From assembly GCA_021613535.1 (NCBI GenBank), contig CP075495.1:1860001-1924000 (forward strand): a stretch of DNA of 64,000 nucleotides, written 5' to 3'. The position numbers were made by a program, and so were the translations under genes. How positions within the stretch are numbered: the stretch's first letter is position 1; each line of letters starts with the position of its first letter. The DNA is from Adineta vaga. Lineage: Eukaryota; Animalia; Rotifera. Of the stretch, positions 39,343-51,410 are shown in pieces. A model generated the notes under the pieces. It had not been told where the DNA came from. It made no database searches and worked only from the letters and a program-made list of their open reading frames with translations.

Positions 39343-39741
39343 ATGTCTTTTAAAAATGATTCATCATCTACAATGCTTCTCATAAGTGATATTAATAAAC
39401 TAACCTATCGACAATTACAAGTTGAATTAAAATTACGAAATTTAAAGTCAGGTGGTAAAACAGAAGTTCTTCGGCAACGTCTTCGACAAGCATTAATTAT
39501 TAATGATGAAAATGAACAATTATTAGATTATTTGGATGAATGTTCGATTTGTTTGGATAAATTATCATTTGATAAACGAATAACAATACAAACGACATGT
39601 TCACATCGATATCATCGGATTTGTTTAAAGAAATGGATTGAATCTAATGGAGAATTTTCCTTGTGTTGTCCACTTTGTCGATGTTCATTAGCAAATGATC
39701 GTCAAATTGAACAAGATGACGATAAGAAAGTTCTTAGATAA
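39343..39741 (+). CDS. Small intronless SAP-domain plus RING-H2 protein
   Basis: SAP: LTYRQLQVELKLRNLKSGGKTEVLRQRL. RING-H2: CSICLD...CSHRYHRICLKKW...CPLCR. Confidence 0.82.
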   Translation: MSFKNDSSSTMLLISDINKLTYRQLQVELKLRNLKSGGKTEVLRQRLRQALIINDENEQLLDYLDECSICLDKLSFDKRITIQTTCSHRYHRICLKKWIESNGEFSLCCPLCRCSLANDRQIEQDDDKKVLR

Positions 39742-40175
39742 AAATTACAAACATTTGTTTGTTTGTTTGTTTTCTATGCCGATGTTCAATTTGTCTCATC
39801 TATAAGAAAGAGAAAAAAAAGACAAAGATACCTTCTTTTTTGTTATATAACAAATACGTTCTGTGATAGCTTTCATTCTTCTTCTTCGTCTGTCAGATAA
39901 GATATAATTTTTCAATAAAATATATAAAGATTCGTTTTTTTTTCTAAAGATATTTCAATTCATTATAGAAAATATAATTTGTCGTATTTTCAGCATACGC
40001 CATCTGTAAACTCATCATTCTGATTCGTTAATGATACTACTCAAAATAAGATGATAATGAATAAAGTAAAAAGAATCGAAACGAAACGAATGACGAGGAA
40101 AACAAAATCAATAGAATGTTTCTACTCAATATTCATTTATTGATCTTCTATTTAGATATTTTCTTTTAAAGAAAT

Positions 40176-41992
40176 ATGATCACATCATCATTGACAGCAG
40201 CAGCCGCGGCAGTAAATTCAAAAGGTGATACTGAACTCTGCAAAAATGCTTGTGGATTTTATGGAAATAAAATTTGGGATGGATTTTGTAGTAAATGTTA
40301 TCGAGAAGTTTATCAACAAGCAAAACAAATTCAAGAAGGATATGATGGTAGAACAAAGTAAATAGCAGATTTTAATGAAAACAAGTAAACATTATGATTT
40401 TATTTTAGTGTGACAAATTCCGATGGTACTCCACCATCTTCTGTTCAAGCATCTCCTTCATTTTCGAATTTTCAAGAAAAACGTCGTTCAAATATTAGTA
40501 TGCGTAATCCACTTCGACAAATGGTTAATCGTGCTGGTAGTCTTCGTTGTATGTTTAGATATTCATTTGAAATGAAAATACATTTACTCTTGTCTATCTT
40601 TCTCTAGCGTCAAGTAATTCAGCGTTATCTTTAATAGCAAATGAAGAACAAACAATAGAAAATGAAGCATCAAGTAAACATTTAGATATTATGACTACAG
40701 ATGATGCACGTGCGGATATTAAAGCTCAAGTCAAAACTTTTGCCAGTCATTTCCATAAGAAATGTTCAAGTAAAACTGTTCATATTGATACATTAATACA
40801 AGAATATGGAACGTTTAAAGATGGATTAAAAAAACGTATTCAAACGAATATAATTTATCAAAGTAGAACAAATTCTTTTTCACGAATAATTCCTTTCGAT
40901 ATACATATATCATTTATTTATTTAGATGAAAATGAAGATTTAATTCATCGTGTTCGTGATTATCTTGAACAAATCATTTTCTCACGAGATTATTCCTTTA
41001 TATTCAATCGTATTGCAATCCATTGTGAAGAAAAAGATTTATCTATTCAAAATCGTATAACATCACTTCATTGGATAACAGCACCTATGTTAGATACGGT
41101 TCTCAATGAGAATATTTCTGCTGCTCATGATGCAATTTTCAAAGCAATAAACAGTAAAAACGAAAAAACGATTGGAAATAAAATTAAATATAATTTTTTT
41201 ATTAGTTTTAATTGAACTTGATTCAAAAACGACTCCACAAGGTAAAATTCAATCAATTATGGATTGTAAATCATGTATTGAAACGGCAATTCATGCGAGT
41301 TGTAGTAATAGTGGAATTAATGCTGATAGTTTTCTTCCAGCATTGATCTATATTGTTCTAAAAGCTAAACCACCACGTTTACATTCAAATATGCAATTTC
41401 TTAGTCATTTTTCTCAACCAAGTGGAGAACAATTGTATTACTTAGCTAATCTTGTAGGTGGAAAATGAATCTAATAAATTTTCGAAATAAATTTTTCTAT
41501 TCTTAGGATTCAGCAGTTCGATTTATCGAACTTTTACAAGCTGAACATCTTGGTTTGTCTTCCGATGATTTTTCTTTATATATGCGTGGTGAACCAGTTT
41601 TACCATCGGAATTTGTATTACTATTTGAATCGTCAACCAATGATGAAACGACGAATCAACAACGACGAAAAAAATTTGCTCTCTATCATGAACTTGATAA
41701 TCACTGTGAGAAATTCGATGAAAATCTTGTTGATTTCAAAAGACGTTTAACTCAAACTGTCTACGATGTACAAGAATTATTGAAAGAAACTTATGCACGT
41801 TTTCCAAATTTGGAAAAAATTCCACAATTAATTGATATTGATAATAATGATCAAATGGAAGATCTTTCGAATATCATAACAAGTCCAAGAGATATTAGTG
41901 ATATTTTAAATCAATCAGCATCCGAAAATGAATATCTACCTGAACCATTGGCACCTGTTATTGTCCAACAACAGACAAAAAATGATAATTAA
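40176..41992 (+). CDS. RABGEF1: Rab5 GEF Rabex-5 (A20 zinc finger plus VPS9)
   Basis: [22 protein letters not shown] (A20 ZnF); [37 protein letters not shown] (VPS9). Confidence 0.9.
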
Positions 41993-42325
41993 ATTGTTGA
42001 GAAATTTTTAGTCCAATTTTATAATTTACTTCCGGTGTGTGCTTGCTTTTTTACGAACAGTGCTTGTATTTAATAGAGATTTATCAAAAGAAGGGAAAAT
42101 TGACGATTTTATACTCTAGTGTTTTTCTTTTCTTATGTAATAATAAATTCGATAGATGAACACGAATGATGTCGTCGATAGTCGATAAAGACAATAGACC
42201 TAAAACGACGAAGGAGGCCAACAACGGTTAGAATGTGCATCGTCATCTGTTTTCTATTCTTCTCCCTAGTTCTATATAGATAAACGATAGTTAGTTTTAT
42301 TCTTTATTTTCTCTCGTACACAACG

Positions 42326-43937
42326 ATGACAACATTGTCTGGAGTAAGTATTTCTGATCGATTATGATAATGATTGATTTTGTCTTGAACAATCCTAGAT
42401 GTATAATGAAATGTCTCCAACATTTGGTGCTGCTGATGCACTTTTACGTGACTATGAATGTAAAGCACCATTTTGGTAAATTCGATTTATGTTTTTTTTC
42501 TTCTCTCCAAATAAATAACATCTCTATCAAGGTTCCGTTGGATGACCAATCTCATCGAATATGCATTTACATTCTTGGTACTTCTTACTCTTATCACTCG
42601 TTACATTTGGAATCATACAATAACTCCATTAATGTCACGTTTTCATATTCCATTCTTTCGAAAATGTTCACGAGTATCATATCAAAATGATACAGTTCTT
42701 ATCACAGGAGGTTAGTTATTTCATTGATTTATATGAATTAGTTCTAATCATTTATGAATTAATTCTAGCTGGTGGTTGTCTTGGTCGAGCATTAGCTATT
42801 GAATTTGCACGTGAAGCTCGTTGTCTTGCTTTATTAGATGTACAAAAGAAACCGTTAGATGATCTTAAACATGCACTTCAACAAATTTATGGTAAAGATC
42901 ATTGCCGAATCTATACATATCGATGTGATCTCAGGTTTAGTTTTGCATTGAAAAATATTTTTAAACAATTTCTTATTTTCTATTGATTCTTCAGTGATTT
43001 AAATCAACTCAAATATACCATTACAGCTATTCGTGAAGAATTAGGTGATAATATTTCCGTATTGATCAATTGCGCTGGTAAATTCTTTATAAAATACAAA
43101 AAAATTAAATTTACTTCTTTTTTTTTATAGCTACAGCACATTTTAAAGATATTGTCTCTCATACCGATGATGAATATCAATATACCTTCATTGTCAATAC
43201 ACTTGCACCAATTCTTGTATGTTCTTAATGAATACAATTCAATTAAATAGTTGTTTTGTTCCTTCTCTCTCTGTCTCTCTCTTAACAGATCATTAAAGAT
43301 TTACTTAGCGGAATGATCGCTCGTAATCACGGACATATTGTGAATATTGTTAGTAGTGGTGCATTAAGTGGAAATGCATTTAGTTCATCATATTCATCAT
43401 CAACTGCTGCTTTACTTAGTAAAATGACTTTTCTTCTTCAATTATGTTCAACTTTATTTTTGTCTTTTATTTCAATAGATTTCACTGAAACACTTAGTCA
43501 AGAATTAATTCTTGCTAAAGCAACTGGTGTTCGCGCAACGGCTGTTTTACCATTTTATCTCGATGGTGGAATTTATACAACATTACGAAAATAGTAAGTC
43601 TAATTGGGAAAATAAAAAGAAATATGTACAAAAAATGATCCGTTTTTTTTTGTTTCTTCAGTGGTAAAGAAAAAGTATTAGGTGCAACTCCTCAAAGTTT
43701 TGATAAAGCAGCACGTGAAATAATGTGTGGATTGAGATCAGAACGTAGTCCCATACTTTTACCATCATTTCAATTACAACTTCAACGTTGCTTACGCGCG
43801 TAAGTTTCTTCATTAGACATTTATTTAATGTTTTTTCTTAAAACTTCTGAATGAATAGAATTCTTCCGGATGATGTTTGGAATCCATTTCTTTTGCACGT
43901 ACTTGGTCGTACACCAACATTTGTCAATCACCATTAG
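42326..43937 (+). CDS. SDR16C/retinol-dehydrogenase-like membrane SDR lacking the catalytic Lys
   Basis: TM segment, then VLITGAGGCLGRALAIEFA, YRCDL, VLINCA, MIARNHGHIVNIVSSG; the YxxxK motif reads YSSST; stop TAG 43935-43937. Confidence 0.75.
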
Positions 43938-44269
43938 ACAATGATCAAGATTTTTCAATATTTTTCTTTTCTTATTCTATACTTATCATTTCTCTTGTCT
44001 TTCTGTTTCTTGTATTGACTGTATTAGGATAAAAAATAAACTTATAAAAACTTATTCGTCCTATACGTTCTTTTACATATCGACAGAAGAATAGATAAAC
44101 AAAGAATGAAATATAACGTATGCGTCGTCTGTTTCGTTCTAACCATCGATTGTATATAATTCACTAGTATTCATACAATGACGTGTAGTTTAACATCGAC
44201 GGAAAGTGAACAAATATAGTTAACTAATAAGCAAAACAAATTTCTTTATTGCTTTTGAAAAAAAAGACA

Positions 44270-45089
44270 ATGTGTAAGTAAATTTCTTTTCTTTTCCAAA
44301 TTGTTTTCTTTCTTGTCTGAATAGATTCACCATGGACAACCTCAATGCCTTGTTTATTTTCTAAGACTTCTAATTCTCCACATAATCGTAGTGATTGTTT
44401 AATCAATTCATTCACTAATCTTGATCTATCAAATCCATTTAATTTGATTGCAAATTCATCGGATAATTTAAATTATTATTATTATTATAATCAATCAAAT
44501 AATGAAGAAAAAGAAATGAAAACGAACTATTTTGAACCCTTACCTTTTTTCGAAACACATAATCAAACAAAACAAAACTATCAACCACAATTATCTCAAA
44601 AACATACGATGATTAAACAAAGTAGGTTTTCTTATGCATCAATAGGTGAATCTAATTCTTTAAAACGAATTTAGTGATTGCTCGAAATGAAAAACAACTA
44701 TCGATTTATTCTCATTCATATTCAAACAGTTATGATAATCTCATTTCAACAAATTCACATCGACTCAAACGACAAATTTGTACTTTTTGTAAATCCAATG
44801 GTGAATCGGCGAATGTTTATACTTCACATGGTAATTTCAATCGTTCTATTTCTTATGAAAATAACTTTCTTATTTCTATCGTTTAGTTTTACGTAATGGT
44901 GATCATGAAATTCAATGTCCTATTCTTCTAGCGTATGTTTGTCCAAAATGTGGTGCAACTGGTAAATCAGCTCATACAATTAAATATTGTACAGCATTAT
45001 CGGAAAATGAACGTGTTGCTTTACCAACAGTCAAAACCTTAAAAGAAGGTCGTTCTTCATCAGGAAATAAGAATTTATTCAAGAAATAA
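44270..45089 (+). CDS. nanos: Nanos (tandem CCHC zinc fingers), 4 exons
   Basis: ICTFCKSNGESANVYTSH/VLRNGDHEIQCPILLAYVCPKCGATGKSAHTIKYC; the first exon is only ATG-T before a GTAAGT donor. Confidence 0.93.
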
Positions 45090-45294
45090 TGTTTTGTTTC
45101 TTTTTCGAAAAAAAACAAAAGAAGTTTTATTTTTTCAAATTATGTAGGATTAAGCGAATATATAAGCAGAAATAATTTCATTTTATGTGCGTGTATGTGA
45201 AAGAGAAGTTCTATATATGTGTATGTGTGTGTATATATATATATATATGTATAAATGAGTAAATAAATAGAAGACGAAGAAAAAAAGAATATCG

Positions 45295-46875
45295 TTAATT
45301 ATTGGATGAATGAATTAATTGTTTTGTTGAACTGGCACTTGATTCACGTCCTTTTTTATTTCGTAATTGTTCTTGTAATTGTTGGGTCCAACTGACCATT
45401 GTATCGGCTGGATCATTTGTTTTTGATACTGCTTTAGTAGATTGATGAATGTCAACAGCATAAATACGTTTATCATCCATGACATCTCCTTTAGGTTTAT
45501 TAGCAGCAAATGATTGCATATTACCATTATCAGGCGAACGATAACCATTATATTGAGCATGCGATGGCATTTGATTATTTTCATATTCTGGTGTCCAGAC
45601 GGTATTTCTTACCTGATAACCCGGACCTTTTGAAGGCATCGATCCATCATTGACTGACATAGATTTTCTTGCATAATCATTATCATTTGATGGTGTATTT
45701 GATATACGAAAAGTATTGTCATTCATATCATCATCAAGATTCTTCTTTGCGCAACAATTAAAACGCTGACTGTTACATCCAATACTAGTCATGATATCTG
45801 TCCATGGTAAATCTGAGAATGTTAAAATCATTACTAAACTAATAATAACACCAAGAACTGCCCAAAATGCTGCTGCACGTTCATTTTGTCGAGGATCTTG
45901 ATTTACTAAATATTAGAAAACAATAATCAGAATATTCTTTTTGTTTTTTGAAAAAAGAAACATAAATATAATGATTAACTACATACAAGTTTCACAAATT
46001 CGTCCTGAATAAAATGTATTGGTACAATCACACGTATAATTATTCTCTTGATCTTGACATATACCTCCATGAAGACAAGGTGCTGCTAAACATTCATCTA
46101 CCTCGATTTCACATTTCTCTCCTGTATATCCTGGATTGCAAACGCAAAGTTCTTGTCCAAGATTCATATAACATTGACCATGAGATTGGCAATTATGCGA
46201 ACTATTACATGTAGCTATGAAGAAAATAAAAGAAAAATGTTTCGTGTCTTGTTTTTTTTCCATTAAGATAACAAACTTTGATATTCACAAATGAAAAATA
46301 ATTTATTTGTTTTAACATCATCCGCTATTTGAAAAGTTGATCCATTTGTATTATAAATCAGTTTATAATTTGTTCCATTGCCAATAACTGCGCGTTTATC
46401 TGCTTCAAAAAACCATGAAATCGATTGATCAGACCAATTCCATGTTGATTTCGAAACAATACCATCAATCCAGAACGGACTTTGAAGACCATATGCTAAT
46501 ATTAATTAAGAATATTAAGAAGAAAATATTCATGAATATATATATATATTCAACTTACCTTTCATCCAATAGAATAAAGAATTTTTTTCCGTTGCAAATT
46601 CTAATGCAAGTAGATGAGTAACGGAATTTGGTTCAGTTTCATTTGCTGGTAATACACTTGAATCATTCTTGCAATAATCTCGTGCTTCTGTCCATGTCCA
46701 TCCACTTCCATTGATTACTTTATAACATCCTGATGTAATAGAATTATATCCACTTGGACAACTTGTTATTCCATGATGAAAAAAGACGAAAAATAAACTT
46801 CCGATTAGTATCAAAGACTAGAGAAATAAACAATTCTAAGCATTTGTAATACATTGAATAAGTCCGACTTACCAT
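45295..46875 (-). CDS. Type I membrane protein: signal peptide, C-type lectin, EGF repeats, TM, cytoplasmic tail
   Basis: ATG|GTAAGT at 46875 spliced to SLILIGSLFFVFF; CPSGY...CYKV...WTWTEARDYC; FWIDG; EGF CVCNPGYTGEKCE, DECLAAPCLHGGIC; TM AAAFWAVLGVIISLVMILTF. Confidence 0.8.
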
Positions 46876-47516
46876 CTTTGTTATATTCTTCTTTTTCTTG
46901 TAAAAAAAAATGTTACTTTTTTTAATCAAGAAAAAAACTAAAATGACGTTGAAAGTAAAAAAAAAAGTTTCTTTTTCTTTTTTTCTAGAAAATAATAAGT
47001 TAAGTCAATAGTTCCTCGGTGTTGATTTCTTCTCGTTCATGTTCAGGTTTCAAACTTCACTAGAAATAAATAATAAAATAGTAGACAACTTGTTTTTTTT
47101 TCCATTTATTTTAACTAGAAAGGAAAACATTGATGATAATTTTTTACTTTTTTGTTTCCTTCGTTGTCTCGTATAGATTGAGTAAGTAATGCTAACAAAA
47201 ACGAGAAGTTTTTTTTTAATCAAATTTAGTGCTACGGTAAACAAAGATAAAAAGAAAAGAATCTCTACCTAACAATGACTTGTTTTTGAAGACAATTGAA
47301 ATGCATTGCTTGTTGATGTTTATTTAGATTTTAAATGATGAAATTAAATGAAGACAAGAAAAAAATGGTACTTTTATAAGTATTTGTAAATAAATTTTGT
47401 TCGATATTTCTTCTGTTTTGAACAGCAAAGTAATAAGAACAATGATCTATTCTTATATACAAATATCAGATCGATTAATGATAATCTGTTATGTTTCTTA
47501 TTTGAATCAAGAAGGG

Positions 47517-48363
47517 TTAATATTCATAAGGGTACATCTCTACAATTGTAATATTGAAATTTTTAAAGCAAGATATACCATGAAGAAAGTCAATTTTTAT
47601 AAGCCTTTGTTCAGATGTGGGACATAATCTGTAGTATGAATTAGTCGACTCCCATGATAAAGAACTAGTTTCACTTGTAATGCTGTCGTTGCCAGTCTCG
47701 ATAGACCAATTTCGTTCTAGACACGTTGGACGTATCGATGTTGAAACCTTTCCACTCTTTGTATAACTGATTTTTAATAGTGTTGAATCTTCATCAATAT
47801 AATCGATATCCATTATTGAAATGGTAATTATTTGCGACATGGATGATGATGGACCATGACCACAAATAATCCATTGTTCTGAATGAGATGGATGAATTGT
47901 TCCATTATCAACGAAAATTGTTCCATTTATTTTCCACGAAGCAAATGTTTCTTTTGATAATGTATAAAAAAATGGTTCTGGTGCTTTCGAGTATAAAAAA
48001 TTTTATTTTTCTCTATTCCAAATTCGAACAGATGACATACCTTGGGTAGTCATATCACTATAAATTGTTTCGGTTGTTGCATCGGACAAGTTTAAACTGT
48101 GTACTAGAGAAAACAATTTGATCATGCCTTAAATTATCGCCAAAAAATAATGAAGATATTTTTATACTAACTTAATGTATCATTTGATTTTTGTACAGCC
48201 TTCGTATGCTTGAAAACAATTGGAAGGACAATGACTAATGGTATGATGATTATTACCAATAAGCTAATTATTAAAATAATTATCTTTCGTTTGCTGAGTA
48301 AAACAAAATATACATTAGTTATGTATTAGAATTTTTAATAAACTGAGTATCCTACCTAGTCAT
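47517..48363 (-). CDS. Uncharacterised type II membrane protein (4 exons)
   Basis: Spliced frame is intact: MTS/KRKIIILIISLLVIIIIPLVIVLPIVFK...TL/IHSLNLSDATTET...Q/APEPFFY...YPYEY*. Confidence 0.6.
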
Positions 48364-48603
48364 ACTGATTGAAATGAGCAGTTCAAAATGATGCAAATGC
48401 TTTTTATTATATAGACGTAATGAAATATTTATCGACGCATTTCCGAAAAGATTATGTCGTCAATTTAATGGAATCGGATATGAACTATAATGTTAGAAAA
48501 TACTATTATCAGACGGACAGACTGATAAATCGTCTATTGATATAGTTTTTTGTTGAAAATATATTTTAGATAAGTTTATTGATCATCAAAATATTTATAT
48601 AAT

Positions 48604-49332
48604 TTATTTACAAATTTCTTCTTTTAGATTTTCTACTAAATCAACATTGAATATTCGTTGAAAATGTTTTAAAAATATTGGTGTAATTTGTTCTACAGTA
48701 ATAATTTTCTTCGTCGAATTTTCATCAGTTAATGAAGTTATTTGTTGCCGTTCAAATCCACATGGTACAATATGATCAAACCAATTCATATCAATTGAAC
48801 AATTAATTGATATACCATGCGATGTGATTCCTCGAGAATAACGTATACCCATAAATGCTACTTTACGTTCTCTATCTACCCATGCTCCAGCATAACTAAC
48901 AGTTCGACCATTTTCAATACCAGGATATACTCTTGTTTGACCAAGAATTTCTCGACAAGTCTCAACTAATGTTTGTTCAAGATAAGATATATAAGTTCGT
49001 AATCCTAATCGAAGTTGTGAATGTTGTAATGGAAGAATAGGATAAGCAACTAATTGACCAGGTCCATGAAATGTCAATAGACCTCCGCGATCTGTTTCAT
49101 GAAAGTCTGCACCGAGTGACTGAAGTCGATCGATGTCAGTTGAAGTTATTATTGATGATGTTCGACGAAGGCCACATGTATAAACAGGTTGGAATTGAAA
49201 AAGTAATAAAACAGGAAGATCATGTCCTAATTTAAGACGTTGAATATAATGAGATTGAAGTGTTTGTCCATAAGCATAGGAAACTAACTTTTTACATTGT
49301 ATAAATTGAACAAGAAGACGTGAATGATGCAT
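48604..49332 (-). CDS. LIPT2: Lipoyl(octanoyl)transferase LipB/LIPT2, intronless CDS
   Basis: PVYTCG, DRGGLLTFHGPGQLVAYPI, RKVAFMG, ITSHGISIN, FDHIVPCG. Confidence 0.93.
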   Translation of the reverse strand: MHHSRLLVQFIQCKKLVSYAYGQTLQSHYIQRLKLGHDLPVLLLFQFQPVYTCGLRRTSSIITSTDIDRLQSLGADFHETDRGGLLTFHGPGQLVAYPILPLQHSQLRLGLRTYISYLEQTLVETCREILGQTRVYPGIENGRTVSYAGAWVDRERKVAFMGIRYSRGITSHGISINCSIDMNWFDHIVPCGFERQQITSLTDENSTKKIITVEQITPIFLKHFQRIFNVDLVENLKEEICK

Positions 49333-49421
49333 TGTTCATAGGAAAAATCTGAAAATTGAAAAACAAAATTTTGTTGCTAAGAACATAAGTTGACACTTTT
49401 TCTTTTTTCGTACGATCTTCA
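49333..49421. promoter_or_regulatory. Very short divergent intergenic region (putative bidirectional promoter) between LIPT2 and the arginine-kinase-like gene
   Basis: Only 89 bp lie between the two divergent ATGs; a TTTCAG acceptor sits just upstream of the LIPT2 ATG on the minus strand. Confidence 0.55.
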
Positions 49422-50545
49422 ATGATCAATTCAAATGTCGAAACGAAAAAGAAATCTTTAACACAAAAATATTTTCTCTGGCTTCAACCATGTGAACTTT
49501 GGTGTTTATTACGTAAAAAAACTCGATTTAACTCATCAATTTATGATTGTATTCAATCAGCATTAGAAAATTCGGATACAATTTGTGGTTTATATGCAAC
49601 GGATGGCGATTGTTATGACTTATTTCGTTGTCTTTTCTGGCCTGTAATTATGGATTATCATAGAATAGATCTTCGAAATTTAGTTTTTCAACATGATTTT
49701 GGTAATTTTCATCATATAGATGATTTACCCATGGAAATAAATAAACAAATTATATCGATACGAATTCGTCTCAATCGTTCGATAGAAAACTATCCAATGA
49801 TACCGAAATTAACAGGAGAACAATTGATCGAAATTGAAGAACGTCTAAAGGCGACACTCGAACATTTAGATGAAGATTTACGTGGAAATTATTATTCATT
49901 GAAAGATATCAATGAAGATAATCAGATGAAATTACGAGAGAAATCATTTCTCTTTCAAGTTAAAGATCTTTTGTTTTCAAGATATATATTTTCATTGATA
50001 CGATTTTCTAGGAACCTATAGATCGTTATTTAGAAAGCGCTGGTGCATACAATCTTTGGCCGAATGGTAAATATCGATTTTCTATGGTATGTAAAATCTA
50101 TATTATTCTAGGACGTGGATTTTGTGTCAATAAAAATGAAAACTTCATTGTTTGGATCAATGAAGAAGATCATCTAAGTCTTATATCTCAATCTCATAAT
50201 GGTAAAATGAATGAAATCTATGAACTTCTTATTCGTGCAACGAATCAAATAAGTCAAATATGTGAATTTCAACAACATCAACGATTAGGTTATTTAAATT
50301 TTTCTTTACTAAATATTGGCACTGCTCTAGAAATAACTATTCAAATTAAATTACTTCATTCAGAAAGACTCAATCAACTAATTGAATTGAGTAAAACTCT
50401 TGATATTGATATCAAACCAACTCCTGATAAATCAATCATTAATTTATCGAATAGAATACGTTTAGGACGAACTGAATTTCATATTATTCGAAATATATGG
50501 AATGGAATTGAACAGATAATAAAAGAAGATCAATCAAAAACATAA
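49422..50545 (+). CDS. Phosphagen (arginine) kinase-like protein, probably catalytically impaired, 3 exons
   Basis: DCIQSALEN.D..CGLYATDGDCY..F..LF.P.I.DYH, SIRIRLNRSI, WPNGRG, WINEEDHL, LSNRIRLGRTE; the CPTNLGT motif reads SLLNIGT. Confidence 0.85.
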
Positions 50546-50598
50546 ACTAAATCGTTTATTAATCAGTAATAGATACAGAAAACTTTAATCAGAAGAAA

Positions 50599-50962
50599 CT
50601 ATTTAGTAATGTCATCATATGGATTTTCAAATTTATATTTTTGACGTACTTCATTGAAAATACGTTGAGTATCAATTGGACTATCTGCATTCCATGTTTT
50701 TATCCATTTAGTTCGATATTTTGGTTCACGTAGAATATCATATTGAGATGGCGCATGACTTTTACCAGGACCATGTTGTTCCATAAGTAAATACGTACGT
50801 AAACGTTGATCAATACGACGAGAATAAAGACCAGCTTCTTTTAAAATAAATGGCTACAAAATAGATAGGAAATTTTCAAGTGAAAACAAAAAAAGTTAAA
50901 CAAAATCTTACGTGACGATGTGCTCCCCATATACGATACCAATAATTACGTGAAACAGGCAT
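50599..50962 (-). CDS. Small basic uncharacterised protein (2 exons, about 100 aa)
   Basis: MPVSRNYWYRIWGAHRH/PFILKEAGLYSRRIDQRLRTYLLMEQHGPG...NPYDDITK*; one GT-AG intron, frame intact. Confidence 0.65.
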
Positions 50963-51410
50963 AGTTAATATCGATCGTGAGAGAGAAAATACTTTCAAGT
51001 AGTGAATTCATTCTATATGGAATAGGATATTTTTACTACAACCAATTCGAACATTTAATATATCGAACAATAGATGTCACTTATTATCATTCCGAGAAAT
51101 ATGCGTACTGTAGATACGATATGTATTCTTATCAAATTCAGTTTATTTTTTTATTTTAGTTCTAATAACAACTTGTTTTGAAATGATACAGAAGAAATCT
51201 ATCTAATCTATGTGTACATAAAAAAGAAGTTACTATTAGTAAATAATGATTCATATATCCTTTGAAATCTTCTCTAGAAGATATTATTGTTAGTTAACTT
51301 AGTTTATATATATATGAGATAAAAAATGACTTCTATCTATTTTTTATAAGATAATATTTACGTGTTAGCAAGGAAGATTTCTTTCATTTGTTAAACCTCA
51401 CGCCATCAAC

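Noticed and set aside
45225-45255. UGUAUAUA Pumilio-like site downstream of nanos
   Set aside because: It is embedded in a TG/TA dinucleotide microsatellite shared with the convergent gene's 3' end, so chance occurrence is likely.
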